DNA of 64,000 bases from a bacterium (GTDB lineage: Bacteria; SAR324; NAC60-12). Location of the stretch: positions 1-64,000 of the forward strand of contig CBDDTI010000295.1 of NCBI GenBank assembly GCA_965233585.1, given 5' to 3'. Shown here one piece after another: positions 38,479 through 48,388 of this stretch. The notes beneath the pieces are model-generated. The model did not search any database. It was given only the letters and a program-made list of their open reading frames with translations, and was not told the origin of the DNA. The position numbers and the translations under genes were made by a program. The stretch's first letter is position 1. Each line of letters opens with the position of its first letter.

Positions 38479-39215
38479 AAATCGGAATCCTTGGGTTTAG
38501 ATCATTTGTTCAATCTCTTTTGCAGGATTCACCAGCTGAACTTGAAGTCTGGATTTATCCAGAACATCAACAAGCCCATGAGATGACATTGCCCCCAAAT
38601 TGGCATGTTGAATACTCGCTAGAACATTTGTTCCAAGAAGTCAATTTGATTTTTATTGATCTTTCATGGAATGAATTTTCCTTGCTTGCAAACCAAATCC
38701 GCACCCTCATTGCAGACCGACACGTTTTGGTCTCTTTGAACAAGGGTTTTTCATTGAAAAAACTTGACCAGCTACTGAATGAACGCAAACAAATCTTGAT
38801 GACGAAAAGCCCCCTTGCCAACTTGTCTCAATGTCCTGTGGTTCTTTTGTTTGGGGACTCTGTGGAATCCCAAGAAAAGGGAGCATTGATGCAACTTTTC
38901 CCCAAAACAACAGAAAGCCAGACAGAAGAAGAATTTCAAATTTTGCGTGGCATTGTGGAACAAGCTCCTTTTTTGGTTGCCACAGTTTTAGATGCGTTGT
39001 GCGATGGGGCGTGGGTCAATGGGGTTTCAAGGCAACAGGCTTTCCAGTTGGCATGGCAAAGCGTTCAAGGTTTTCTGGGCAGCACTTCACAACCGTTCCC
39101 TCTTCAAAAGATGATGAATCAGCACAGGCTTTCTTCTTCTTGTACTTTAACTTTAGAAAAACATAATTTCCGCTATGCAATCATTGATGCACTTCAACAG
39201 GTCAAACAGCCATGA
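38475..39215 (+). CDS. Divergent pyrroline-5-carboxylate reductase-like protein
   Basis: Sits between yggS and yggT, the usual proC position; DALCDGAW.NGVSRQQA and TLEKHNFRYAIIDA resemble the ProC C-terminus. Confidence 0.6.
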   Translation: MKIGILGFRSFVQSLLQDSPAELEVWIYPEHQQAHEMTLPPNWHVEYSLEHLFQEVNLIFIDLSWNEFSLLANQIRTLIADRHVLVSLNKGFSLKKLDQLLNERKQILMTKSPLANLSQCPVVLLFGDSVESQEKGALMQLFPKTTESQTEEEFQILRGIVEQAPFLVATVLDALCDGAWVNGVSRQQAFQLAWQSVQGFLGSTSQPFPLQKMMNQHRLSSSCTLTLEKHNFRYAIIDALQQVKQP

Positions 39216-39472
39216 CTTTACATGACTTGACCTACTTTTTAATTGAGGCACTTAATATCTATTCCTATCTACTTATCTTGAGAGTGTTGATGTCATGGAT
39301 TCCTGTTGATCCGTCTTCGTGGTTAGTGCAAACTTTAATCAAGATAACAGAGGTTGTCCTTGCTCCGTTAAGACGTTCCATTCCTCCTGTTTATGGGATA
39401 GATTTATCAACGATGGCAGCACTTTTAGGTATCTACTTAATCAAATATCTCCTACTGAGGTCTCTTGCTTAA
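39212..39472 (+). CDS. yggT: YggT family membrane protein
   Basis: RVLMSWI...ITEVVLAPLRR.IPP..GIDLS motif. Confidence 0.93.
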   Translation: MTLHDLTYFLIEALNIYSYLLILRVLMSWIPVDPSSWLVQTLIKITEVVLAPLRRSIPPVYGIDLSTMAALLGIYLIKYLLLRSLA

Positions 39473-40502
39473 AAAATTGACACTCATCGTACTTTGGAAA
39501 GTGTGGTTAAGTTCTGCCTATGCAGGTTCTGTCATTGTGATTGCTGATGTGCTAAACGTCAGAAGTGAACCTAAAGGCAGGAGGATTGCCAGAGTTTTAG
39601 AGGGGCAACAATTTCAGATGTTCCAGACTCAGCAAGGGTGGGGTCAGATTCTTTTTAGAAAAGGAGAAAAAGGGTGGATTCATCTGGATTATGTCAAGCC
39701 ATTTATTCCCAACTCGCCATCTATTCTCTTAGACCAATTTTGTCAGCAAATCAATCGTGAATTTTCAAAGTTGGCACAGAAAGAAACCCAATGCCTTGCA
39801 GAAGATTGGACGGCAACACACTATTCAGCACAGGGCAGACCACTCCTTTACACAGTGCTAGGGACAGAAGGGCAAGTCTCCTTATTGTTGTGTAGTGTGC
39901 ATTCTGATGAAAACACGACTTATCATTGTTTCCGTCTAAGGCAATGGCTCAAAGAGAGAGAAGACCTGATTAAAAGACGCTTGGTGATCATGCCCTTGGT
40001 CAATCCTGATGGTTATTTTCACTCCCCTAAAACCCGTCAAAACGGGAGAGGGGTTGACCTCAATCGGAATTTACCGACGGCTCGCTGGGTTCAATTAGCT
40101 TACAAAACTTGGAGAAAGAAAGGTTCATCAAAAAGACGTTACCCGGGAAGACGCTCAAACTCCGAGCCTGAAAATCAGTTTTTGATTGATTTAATCCAGA
40201 AGTATCAGCCTGATCGGATTATTTCATTGCATTCTCCCCTACATTTTATTGACCTAGATTACTCATCAAACAATCGTTCTGTCTTGAAAAAAGCCAAATT
40301 GCTGGCATGGACATTTTCAAAAGATAGTCATTTTAAATTTCTTGATTACAGAACCTTTCCGGGGAGCCTTGGACGCTATGCGTCAGAATGGGAGATTCCT
40401 GTTTACACTGTGGAGTTACCCTCTGCCACTTCTAAAAATCAGCAAGGCTACTTCCAGCAAATCCACCAAAGTATGCTAAAACTGCTCAATGATTCTTTGT
40501 GA
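39465..40502 (+). CDS. SH3b + M14 zinc carboxypeptidase (murein peptide amidase MpaA-like)
   Basis: LNVRSEP...GWIHLDYV (SH3); VHSDE, NPDG, RQNGRGVDLNRN, SLH and VELP motifs. Confidence 0.85.
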   Translation: MLKKLTLIVLWKVWLSSAYAGSVIVIADVLNVRSEPKGRRIARVLEGQQFQMFQTQQGWGQILFRKGEKGWIHLDYVKPFIPNSPSILLDQFCQQINREFSKLAQKETQCLAEDWTATHYSAQGRPLLYTVLGTEGQVSLLLCSVHSDENTTYHCFRLRQWLKEREDLIKRRLVIMPLVNPDGYFHSPKTRQNGRGVDLNRNLPTARWVQLAYKTWRKKGSSKRRYPGRRSNSEPENQFLIDLIQKYQPDRIISLHSPLHFIDLDYSSNNRSVLKKAKLLAWTFSKDSHFKFLDYRTFPGSLGRYASEWEIPVYTVELPSATSKNQQGYFQQIHQSMLKLLNDSL

Positions 40503-41857
40503 TGAACACCCCGCTTTGCAAAATGTCATGGCTTTTTAAAATTTGCTTTGTTTTCCTGAATGCCTTCCTTTTAGTGCTGTATGGCGATTCCATCTTCAAT
40601 TCGTTAGACAGAATTTCAAAAAAAGGCAATTTAAAGGTCATTCTTCAAGAAGAAGAGCCTTTTTTCTATCAGGAATTAGGCATGCAAAAAGGGATTCATT
40701 ATGACCTTGCTAGATTGTTCGCTCAAGAGCTTGGTGTGGTGGTGGAGTTTGTCAGAATCAAAAAAATCAATGAAGTGTCTCATCTGCTGAAAACGGGTCA
40801 AGCAGACATGGCATTGGTTGGCAGAATCACAAAATCATCTCAAGAAAGACTGTTTTCTAGGCCCTATCTCTACACAAGTCAAATGGTTGCCTGCCGACGT
40901 GGTGGCGACATTCCTAAAAGAGAGACTGCCCCTGAACAAATTCAGCTGACCATTCCTAGCAGGTCTTATGCACAAGAAGATGCTACCCCAGCTCTCTGGA
41001 GTGTGACAGATGCCTCACCCTATGAGCTTTTTGAACAACTTTCATCTAAAAAATCTGGTTGTTTATTGGTCAATGAGACAGATTTTTTAACATTCAGAAG
41101 ATACTTTCCACAAATCAAAGAAGTTCAAATGCTACCCAAAAAACAAGGCATTTCAGCAGAGTTTCCTCAGCATGCAAAGGTTTTGAAAGACAAATTTGAT
41201 CAATGGTTGGTGTTAAATGCTCAATGGGTTCAGTCATTAGAAAAAACTTATTACGATAGATTCCATGAGCTGACTTATTCTGATTTAATCATTTTTCACT
41301 ACCGAGTGACCAATCGTTTGCCAAAATTCTTAAAATATTTCAAGGAAGCAGGAAGACGTCATCAATTACCCTGGCAGCTTTTGGCAGCGCAGGCTTATCA
41401 AGAGTCTCATTGGAATCCTAGGTCTAGGAGTAAAACAGGTGTGAGAGGGATGATGATGCTTACAAAACCCGTTGCTAAAGAGTTGAATGTGAATCGTTTA
41501 GACCCTGTTCAAAGTATTTTTGGAGGCACACGGTACCTGAAACAACTGATTGCACGAGTCCCTTCAAATGTCTCTGAACAAGACAAAATGTGGTTTGCCC
41601 TTGCCGCTTACAATGTGGGAATGGGACACGTACGAGATGCACAAAAGTTGACAGAAAGCAAGCAACAAGACCCTGGGGACTGGCAAACCGTGAGAGCTAT
41701 TTTGCCCAAGTTAGCCTTGAGAAAATATTACAAAAAACTCAGATATGGCTACGCCAGAGGATATGAAGCCGTCCATTATGTCAGACGTATTCGCGAGTTT
41801 TATGCCATTATTTTACGATTCCCCAATACTCAAACGCTTTCTCTCCAACGTCTGTAA
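40502..41857 (+). CDS. mltF: Membrane-bound lytic murein transglycosylase F
   Basis: SBP-like N-domain + SLT domain (AYQESHWNP, GVRGMMMLT, LAAYNVG.GH, YGYARGYE). Confidence 0.92.
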   Translation: MNTPLCKMSWLFKICFVFLNAFLLVLYGDSIFNSLDRISKKGNLKVILQEEEPFFYQELGMQKGIHYDLARLFAQELGVVVEFVRIKKINEVSHLLKTGQADMALVGRITKSSQERLFSRPYLYTSQMVACRRGGDIPKRETAPEQIQLTIPSRSYAQEDATPALWSVTDASPYELFEQLSSKKSGCLLVNETDFLTFRRYFPQIKEVQMLPKKQGISAEFPQHAKVLKDKFDQWLVLNAQWVQSLEKTYYDRFHELTYSDLIIFHYRVTNRLPKFLKYFKEAGRRHQLPWQLLAAQAYQESHWNPRSRSKTGVRGMMMLTKPVAKELNVNRLDPVQSIFGGTRYLKQLIARVPSNVSEQDKMWFALAAYNVGMGHVRDAQKLTESKQQDPGDWQTVRAILPKLALRKYYKKLRYGYARGYEAVHYVRRIREFYAIILRFPNTQTLSLQRL

Positions 41858-42090
41858 CATCATTCACTTCAAAAAATTCCAATAAGCCTGTTTAGCAATT
41901 CATCTTTTTATGTTAGAATCTATTTTCTTCTCCATCACCTTTAACCTCAAGTTTTTGGTCTGATGACTTCAAATTTAAAGAAAATAGACTTCTTTTTTAA
42001 AAAAGAGTTTTGTTTTGAAATAAAAAACTTGCATCATTGATACAAAATCGGTTATAAATAAAGTCTTTACTTTTTGAATCAGTAACACCT

Positions 42091-43137
42091 ATGGACATTC
42101 ACTCTAAAAAAAATCAACCCCTTCATTCAAAGGATATTGACGAACTGCTTCTGAATATCCAAAAAAATCTTTTCAAGTCTCCTAAAAACAACAAAATTGG
42201 CATCATCGCTATTGTTGTTTTAGTGTTGTTGGCTTGGTTGAGTTCAGGTTTTTTTATTGTTGAACCACCAGAACAAGCCGTTGTCAAACGTTTTGGAAAA
42301 TTTCATCGCATTGAAGGACCAGGTCCACATTTGGCGTTCCCAGTTCCGATAGAAAGTGTCATTGTTGAAAATGTGCGTCAGGTTCGCCGTTTAGAGATAG
42401 GCTTTCGCACGATTGACCCAGGTCCCCCCGCACGTTACCGTCCCGTTCCAAAGGAATCACTGATTTTGACAGGTGATGAAAATATTTTAGATGTCCAATT
42501 CACCGTTCAATATCGTATCCAAGAGCTGGATAATTATCTGTTCCAGTTGACCAATCCTCAGCAAACCGTGCGTGCAACTGCAGAGGCTTCTATGCGTGAA
42601 ATCATTGGACGCACCACCGTTGATGACGCTCTCACAACAGGAAAAGCTCCGATTGAAACAGCAGTCAAGGATTTGATGCAAAACTTGTTGAATATTTACG
42701 AATCGGGGATACGAGTAGACCTTGTCAAGCTCCAAGATGTTCACCCTCCTGAAGAAGTGAAAGAAGCGTTTAAAGATGTCGCCAGTGCCAAAGAAGACCG
42801 TGAGAAGTTGATTAACCAAGCTCATGGTTTTCGTAATAACCTTTTGCCAAAGTCCAGAGGAGAGGCGGCAGAAAATCTCAACAAAGCCCATGCCTACGCA
42901 AAACAAGTTGTCTTGGAAGCCTTAGGACAAGCCAGACGTTTTGAGCTGATTTATGACAAATATAGGCAGGCTAAAGAGATTACAAAAGACAGGATTCGTA
43001 TTGAAACGATGGAAAAAATTCTTCCCAATGCTCAAAAAATTATTGCAGATCCTCAACTTGGCAAAAACTTTTTGCCATTTCTACCGATTCAACAGCAATT
43101 AGCAGACCAGACTAAAAAGACAGCTCAAGGAGAGTAA
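42091..43137 (+). CDS. hflK: FtsH modulator HflK
   Basis: TM + SPFH domain; LTGDENI, LQDVHPPEEVKEAF.DV and P..RGEA motifs. Confidence 0.93.
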   Translation: MDIHSKKNQPLHSKDIDELLLNIQKNLFKSPKNNKIGIIAIVVLVLLAWLSSGFFIVEPPEQAVVKRFGKFHRIEGPGPHLAFPVPIESVIVENVRQVRRLEIGFRTIDPGPPARYRPVPKESLILTGDENILDVQFTVQYRIQELDNYLFQLTNPQQTVRATAEASMREIIGRTTVDDALTTGKAPIETAVKDLMQNLLNIYESGIRVDLVKLQDVHPPEEVKEAFKDVASAKEDREKLINQAHGFRNNLLPKSRGEAAENLNKAHAYAKQVVLEALGQARRFELIYDKYRQAKEITKDRIRIETMEKILPNAQKIIADPQLGKNFLPFLPIQQQLADQTKKTAQGE

Positions 43138-43147
43138 AAATTTAAAG

Positions 43148-43480
43148 ATGACCTTGAATTATGCGATTCAAAACAAATGTTGCGTCGTTACAGTTCAGGG
43201 GAACATTGCGGGTGAGTATGCGGCTCGGTTTCAAAGGGAGATGTTGCAGATACTCATGCAACAGAAGGGTTACACTTTGATATTGGATTTTTCTAATGTC
43301 AAAAAAATTGATGCGACAGCCTTAGGTTTTTTGCTGTTTTGCATCAAAAAGCTAGAAGCACAGGCACAGAAGATCTCAATATGCGGGGTCAATCTTAAGA
43401 ATCAGAGACTGCTCGCCATGTCTGGGCTTGAACAGCTTTTGAAAACCTTTCCTTCAGTACAACAAGCGATGGCACAGTAA
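43148..43480 (+). CDS. STAS-domain anti-sigma factor antagonist
   Basis: LILDFSNVKKIDATALG motif; 110 aa. Confidence 0.85.
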   Translation: MTLNYAIQNKCCVVTVQGNIAGEYAARFQREMLQILMQQKGYTLILDFSNVKKIDATALGFLLFCIKKLEAQAQKISICGVNLKNQRLLAMSGLEQLLKTFPSVQQAMAQ

Positions 43481-43502
43481 CACTATCTAATGATTTTTTA
43501 AT

Positions 43503-44864
43503 ATGAAAACTCTATCATTCCTCGTTCTCTCATTCTTTCTTTTCACCTTCTCACAGTCCTTTGCTCAAGATGACTTGACGTCGTTCCTTCAGGAGTCTCT
43601 GAAGGAATCTAAGATGCGAGCCAAATTGATTGAAATCCTTCGCCCTGCTGTTGTACAAATTAGTGTAGATAAGGAGGGAGAATTAAGCGAATTGAGGGAG
43701 CGATTCAATTTACGTATTCCTCCTCGGTCTGGGGTGGGGTCTGGGTCTATCATCTCCCAAGATGGCTACATTCTTACGAACAATCATGTCATTGAAGAAG
43801 CATCATCGGTGAGCGTGCAGCTGGCAGATGGTCGTGAATTTGAAGCAGAGATTATCGGTAGCGATCCGCTCTCTGATATTGCAGTGATTAAAATTGACGC
43901 AGAAGATTTGCCTACGATTGGGTTTGGTGATTCAGATTATCTTCAAATTGGCGAGACCGTGATTGCGATAGGCAACCCGTTTGGTCTTTCTTTAACCGTG
44001 ACAATGGGCATTGTCAGTGCAAAAGGTAGAGATGTGGGCGTTGCAGATTATGAAGATTTTATTCAAACTGACGCAGCAATCAATCCGGGAAGCAGTGGCG
44101 GACCTTTGATTAATCTGGAAGGCAAGTTAGTAGGCGTCAACACTGCTATTTTTTCAAGAAATGGGGGCTATCAGGGAATTGGATTAGCTGTCCCAATCAA
44201 CATGGCAAGTCGCATTGCCGATGATTTGATCAAACATGGCAAGGTCAAGAGAGGTTGGTTAGGCGTCAGTATTCAAGACATAGATAGAGAACTTGCAGAA
44301 AAATGGGATTTGGAAACCCATGAAGGTTCTTTGGTGACAGAAGTTCTTCCAGACTCTCCTGCTGAAGAAGCAGGTTTGCAAAGGCGTGACTTCATTATGA
44401 CAGTCAACGGCAAGAAAATACGCAATAGCAACCAACTCCGTAATGTTGTCGCAAGTATAGAACCCGAAACAGAAACCACCTTTGAAATTATTCGCGATGG
44501 TCAAAAAATATCGGTGGACATCTTCTTAGAAACCCGCCCACAACGAGTTGCCCTTCAAAGATCTACTCCAAAAAAGACGTCTCCGATTGGTGTCACTGTT
44601 CGCAAAATGGACGCTGATGCTTCCTCAAGGCTGGGTTATGACCCTCCTATCACGAAAGGAGTCTTGATTACTGATGTAGAAATGGGGTCTCCTGCTTATC
44701 GTGCAGGGCTACTTTCAGGCTACGTGATTTTGGAAGTAGAAAACACAGAGGTCAATTCAGTGAGTCAGTTTGAACGTTTGATTGAGGAAGGAGATTTGAA
44801 AAAAGGAATTGTAATACTGACTGCCACACCAAATGGAAGTCGGTTTGTTGTGTTGCACAGATAA
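43503..44864 (+). CDS. DegP/DegQ (HtrA) serine protease with two PDZ domains
   Basis: GSG.II...ILTNNHV, DIAVIK, IQTDAAINPGSSGGPL and RGWLGV motifs. Confidence 0.96.
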   Translation: MKTLSFLVLSFFLFTFSQSFAQDDLTSFLQESLKESKMRAKLIEILRPAVVQISVDKEGELSELRERFNLRIPPRSGVGSGSIISQDGYILTNNHVIEEASSVSVQLADGREFEAEIIGSDPLSDIAVIKIDAEDLPTIGFGDSDYLQIGETVIAIGNPFGLSLTVTMGIVSAKGRDVGVADYEDFIQTDAAINPGSSGGPLINLEGKLVGVNTAIFSRNGGYQGIGLAVPINMASRIADDLIKHGKVKRGWLGVSIQDIDRELAEKWDLETHEGSLVTEVLPDSPAEEAGLQRRDFIMTVNGKKIRNSNQLRNVVASIEPETETTFEIIRDGQKISVDIFLETRPQRVALQRSTPKKTSPIGVTVRKMDADASSRLGYDPPITKGVLITDVEMGSPAYRAGLLSGYVILEVENTEVNSVSQFERLIEEGDLKKGIVILTATPNGSRFVVLHR

Positions 44865-44866
44865 AA

Positions 44867-45784
44867 CTATTCCTTAGGTCCCATCTCATTGCTAGATGGG
44901 AGATCTTTCATTCTTCTGTCTTTGCCCCCAAGATATACAAAATAGCACATCTCTTTGAGTCTTGAGTACACTCTTTTGCCAACTCGTTCTGTCAGGAGAT
45001 CATTGATTAAATAGGTTTCATCAGGTTTTTCTTTGGTTCTGATTCGTTCTTGCATAGTGGTTTCTTTGCTTTCTGTGTAGTTGGAAGTAATCATCACAGG
45101 TTTATGGCTGTTGTAACGTTCGGAAATCAGCAAATCCAAAACGCCCAGCTCCCATGCAGTGTTGCGTCCTTTTCCTAGATCATCAATAATCAACATCTGT
45201 GTTTCCAAATGAGGTTGTATGACCTCACTTTCAGAAATTCCTTGTGAGTAGCCTGAACGTAGCTCAAAAAGCAGTTGTGTAAACTCTTGAAAAATGCAAG
45301 AAATGCCATACTTGACAGTGCAGAGAGACGCCACTGCTGCCATGAGGTGTGTTTTTCCAGTACCAGTCGGACCAAGTAATGCAACACCAAGATAAGCAAT
45401 TTTGCTTTGTAAGTCCTTATCAGAAGGATTTTGAAGAGTTTTGTGATAGTTTCTAAGATTCAAATCAAGATAATTGACGGTGTCTGCATTGTTGCTATCT
45501 TTTTCGTAGTTAGAAAGACTGGCTAGTGCAAACTTTTTAGGCATTCTCATTTGATTATAGAGGTTGATGCGATGGTTGAGTTCACGGCATACTTGACATG
45601 GGTTAGCAAAATCACGTCCCAAAGAATCTCTGTAAAAAGTAAAACCCATGCCTTTGCAATCTTGACATTGTCCAACACAAGAACATGCTTTGGCTTGTGC
45701 ATATTTTGCTGATGAATCAACATAAATCTCTACTCCTGTATAATCACAATGTTGGCAATATGTTGGGGACACTGAAGCTGACAT
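44867..45784 (-). CDS. DnaC/IstB-like AAA+ ATPase with Cys-rich N-terminus
   Basis: GPTGTGKTHL, LIIDDLG, RYN..KP.MITSN and RVYSRL.EMC motifs; several CxxC. Confidence 0.88.
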   Translation of the reverse strand: MSASVSPTYCQHCDYTGVEIYVDSSAKYAQAKACSCVGQCQDCKGMGFTFYRDSLGRDFANPCQVCRELNHRINLYNQMRMPKKFALASLSNYEKDSNNADTVNYLDLNLRNYHKTLQNPSDKDLQSKIAYLGVALLGPTGTGKTHLMAAVASLCTVKYGISCIFQEFTQLLFELRSGYSQGISESEVIQPHLETQMLIIDDLGKGRNTAWELGVLDLLISERYNSHKPVMITSNYTESKETTMQERIRTKEKPDETYLINDLLTERVGKRVYSRLKEMCYFVYLGGKDRRMKDLPSSNEMGPKE

Positions 45785-45809
45785 ACTCTGTTTTTGAAAA
45801 ATAAAAAGA

Positions 45810-46838
45810 ATGTTAAAAAATGATTTGCTTTTACGCACACTCCAAGCAAAGCCTGTTGAAAGGACTCCTGTTTGGTTGATGCGTCAAGCAGGTAGAACTG
45901 ACCCACTTTATCAGCAAATCAGGCAAAAAGACGGACGTCCACTAGATGAACTCTTTTGTGATGTAGAACTTTCAACAACCATTTCTCTTTTACCTGAACG
46001 AATGGGAGTTGATGCAATCATCATGTTTCAGGATATTCTGACGCCACTCAAAAGTCTAGGAATCCCTTTTTATTTTAGACCTGCACCACAATTTGATGAA
46101 CCGCTGACCGATATTTCTCAAATCAAAAAATTTAAAAAAATCAATTCACAGCAAGATTTTTATACAGTTGGTCAATTAATTCAATCGGTCAAGACTCAGC
46201 TGAACGGGAGGCTTCCTGTTTTGGGCTTTGCAGGTGCGCCTGCAACTGTTGCTTTATTTTTGATGGCGGGTCAAAGTCCTAGCTCCAACTTACCCAAGTT
46301 ATTAGAATTTGCCTCGCAACGTCAATCTTTTTTCCAAGAACTCCTTGACCGCCTAACTGAAATGACGGTGGAGTATCTTCAATCTCAAATCCAAAACGGA
46401 ATTGATGCCTTCCAACTCTTTGAATCTTTTGCAGAATCCTTTTCAGACAAGTTTTACGAAACGTTTGCACTGCCAACGCATCAAAAAATTTTTGAGGCAC
46501 TTCCCCAAACAACACCATCAATTTTGTTTGCGAAGGAATGGAAAAGGCTGGATCACCTGTTGGCAAGTGGTGCAAAAGTTTTAAGCATTGGAACGAGTCT
46601 TGACTTGCAAGAATGTTATCAAAACATACCTGACGACACCATTTTACAAGGCAATGTTGACAATGTCTTGCTAAAAGATGCAACGACCCAAGAGGTTTGC
46701 CAAGCTGTCACAAATTGTCTTCAACAAGGAAGAAAAGGTCGGCATATTCTCAATTTGAATCATGGACTGCTGCCTGACACCCCATTTGAGAATGTTTTAC
46801 AAGTGATTGAAACAACAAGACAATTTCAAAATCCATGA
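45810..46838 (+). CDS. hemE: Uroporphyrinogen decarboxylase
   Basis: PVWLMRQAGR, DAIIMFQDIL, GFAGAP, QGN and NLNHG motifs. Confidence 0.95.
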   Translation: MLKNDLLLRTLQAKPVERTPVWLMRQAGRTDPLYQQIRQKDGRPLDELFCDVELSTTISLLPERMGVDAIIMFQDILTPLKSLGIPFYFRPAPQFDEPLTDISQIKKFKKINSQQDFYTVGQLIQSVKTQLNGRLPVLGFAGAPATVALFLMAGQSPSSNLPKLLEFASQRQSFFQELLDRLTEMTVEYLQSQIQNGIDAFQLFESFAESFSDKFYETFALPTHQKIFEALPQTTPSILFAKEWKRLDHLLASGAKVLSIGTSLDLQECYQNIPDDTILQGNVDNVLLKDATTQEVCQAVTNCLQQGRKGRHILNLNHGLLPDTPFENVLQVIETTRQFQNP

Positions 46839-47800
46839 GTTTTGAACACATTCAAGGACAAGAACAAGCAATCGGCTTTCTTAAAAGCCTTGTACAAACT
46901 GGCAATATTCCCTCTGCCTTGCTTTTTTGTGGCATGCCTCATGTTGGTAAAGCAACGACTGCCAAAGCTCTGGTACAAGCCCTCAACTGCCAAAATTCTG
47001 AAAACAAACCTTGCTTGACTTGTGAGCATTGTCGTCAAATTGCAGATGACTCTTTTCCAGATTTTATGGAAGTTGCTCCTGATGGAAAATTCATTAAAAT
47101 TGCACAAATTCAAAAAGCGATTCAATGGATTCAATTTAGACCTGACCCTAACATCACAAAAACTTTGGTCATTGACCAAGCAGAAGCAATGAATTTAGAG
47201 TCTGTCAATGCGTTCTTGAAAACACTGGAAGAACCCCCTCCCAACACACTTTGTCTTTTGCTTGCATCTCAAAGAAGTGCTTTGCCTGAGACTATTCTTT
47301 CTCGTTGTCAAACAGTCCGATTTAAGCCTTTGTCTAAAAACACGATTCAATGCCTTCTGCAACAGGCTGGGGCATCGCAGGAAGAAAGTCAGTTTGCTTC
47401 ACAATTTGCAATGGGTTCATTGAATCAACATTGGGTTTCCAATCAAAATGAGTTGAAAGAATTGCGTCACTTTTTATTGGAGTTGTTAACCCAAAACTCT
47501 TTGGAGTCTTTCACAGCTTTATTCCAAAATTCAGACAAATGGGGTGCAAAAGATGGAGTCTGGTCTGATGTCTTAGACCTTGTGGAATCTATCTTGCGTG
47601 ACCTGCTATGGCTTATTCAAACGCAAGACACAGCAGGACTCCTTCATATAGATTGTTTGGAAGAGTTAGCCAAATGCCATTTTTCACAAGAACGTTTGTT
47701 GGAGCTTTATGAGGCTTTGCAGTGGACAAGGAGTAACATCAAAAGTGGGGCGAATGTCCCCTTAGCACTAGATTCATTTTGGATTCAATTAGGAACATGA
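46835..47800 (+). CDS. holB: DNA polymerase III delta' subunit
   Basis: ALLFCG..HVGK, C..C..C, NAFLKTLEEPP and TILSRC motifs. Confidence 0.93.
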   Translation: MSFEHIQGQEQAIGFLKSLVQTGNIPSALLFCGMPHVGKATTAKALVQALNCQNSENKPCLTCEHCRQIADDSFPDFMEVAPDGKFIKIAQIQKAIQWIQFRPDPNITKTLVIDQAEAMNLESVNAFLKTLEEPPPNTLCLLLASQRSALPETILSRCQTVRFKPLSKNTIQCLLQQAGASQEESQFASQFAMGSLNQHWVSNQNELKELRHFLLELLTQNSLESFTALFQNSDKWGAKDGVWSDVLDLVESILRDLLWLIQTQDTAGLLHIDCLEELAKCHFSQERLLELYEALQWTRSNIKSGANVPLALDSFWIQLGT

Positions 47801-48381
47801 TGAGACGTTTCATCATTACATCATCTTTTTGTTTGCTTGTTGCCTTGCTTGTCCCCGATTTTGTGTTGGCTCAAGAAGAAGAAACACAAGCCCCTGCTGA
47901 AAATAGCTTGCCTTTGCCTGACGTTTCCCCAGAACAGAGAGCAAAAGATGAGTTTGCTGTCTTACCGACTCCTTTTGAAGTTGAGACTGCCAAAAAGCAA
48001 GTCAAAGACATGTTTAAAACTCTTTTGAGACTCTGGCAAGAGGAAAGGTATTTTGAGATGTATCAGATGGGATATGTCTCCTCTCAAAACACGGTGGAAG
48101 AACAAGAGTTTGCAACACGCATGGTGAAGCTGGATTACTTACCTGTCTTTCCTGAAGACGAGCCAACGCTTGAGTTGAAGTTTCGCTACCGTTCGTTAAT
48201 TTACGTCACAACCCGCTTACAGTTCAAACATAAGACCAACAACACCATCAAATTCATCAAACCTCACCAATTTTTGCTGATGTATGAAAACGGAGCATGG
48301 CGAGTGGATTTGATCCAGATTCTCCGTTCACCCTTTTATTCTGCCTTTCCTGCAGAACCTGTGCAGGAGTCCAAATCTTAG
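47797..48381 (+). CDS. Exported hypothetical protein
   Basis: Signal peptide (VLAQEE); ENGAWR near the C-terminus suggests an NTF2-like fold (weak). Confidence 0.75.
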   Translation: MMRRFIITSSFCLLVALLVPDFVLAQEEETQAPAENSLPLPDVSPEQRAKDEFAVLPTPFEVETAKKQVKDMFKTLLRLWQEERYFEMYQMGYVSSQNTVEEQEFATRMVKLDYLPVFPEDEPTLELKFRYRSLIYVTTRLQFKHKTNNTIKFIKPHQFLLMYENGAWRVDLIQILRSPFYSAFPAEPVQESKS

Positions 48382-48388
48382 AGTCATC

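Noticed and set aside
44867..45784. IS21 element or prophage
   Set aside because: No istA, terminal repeats or phage genes nearby.
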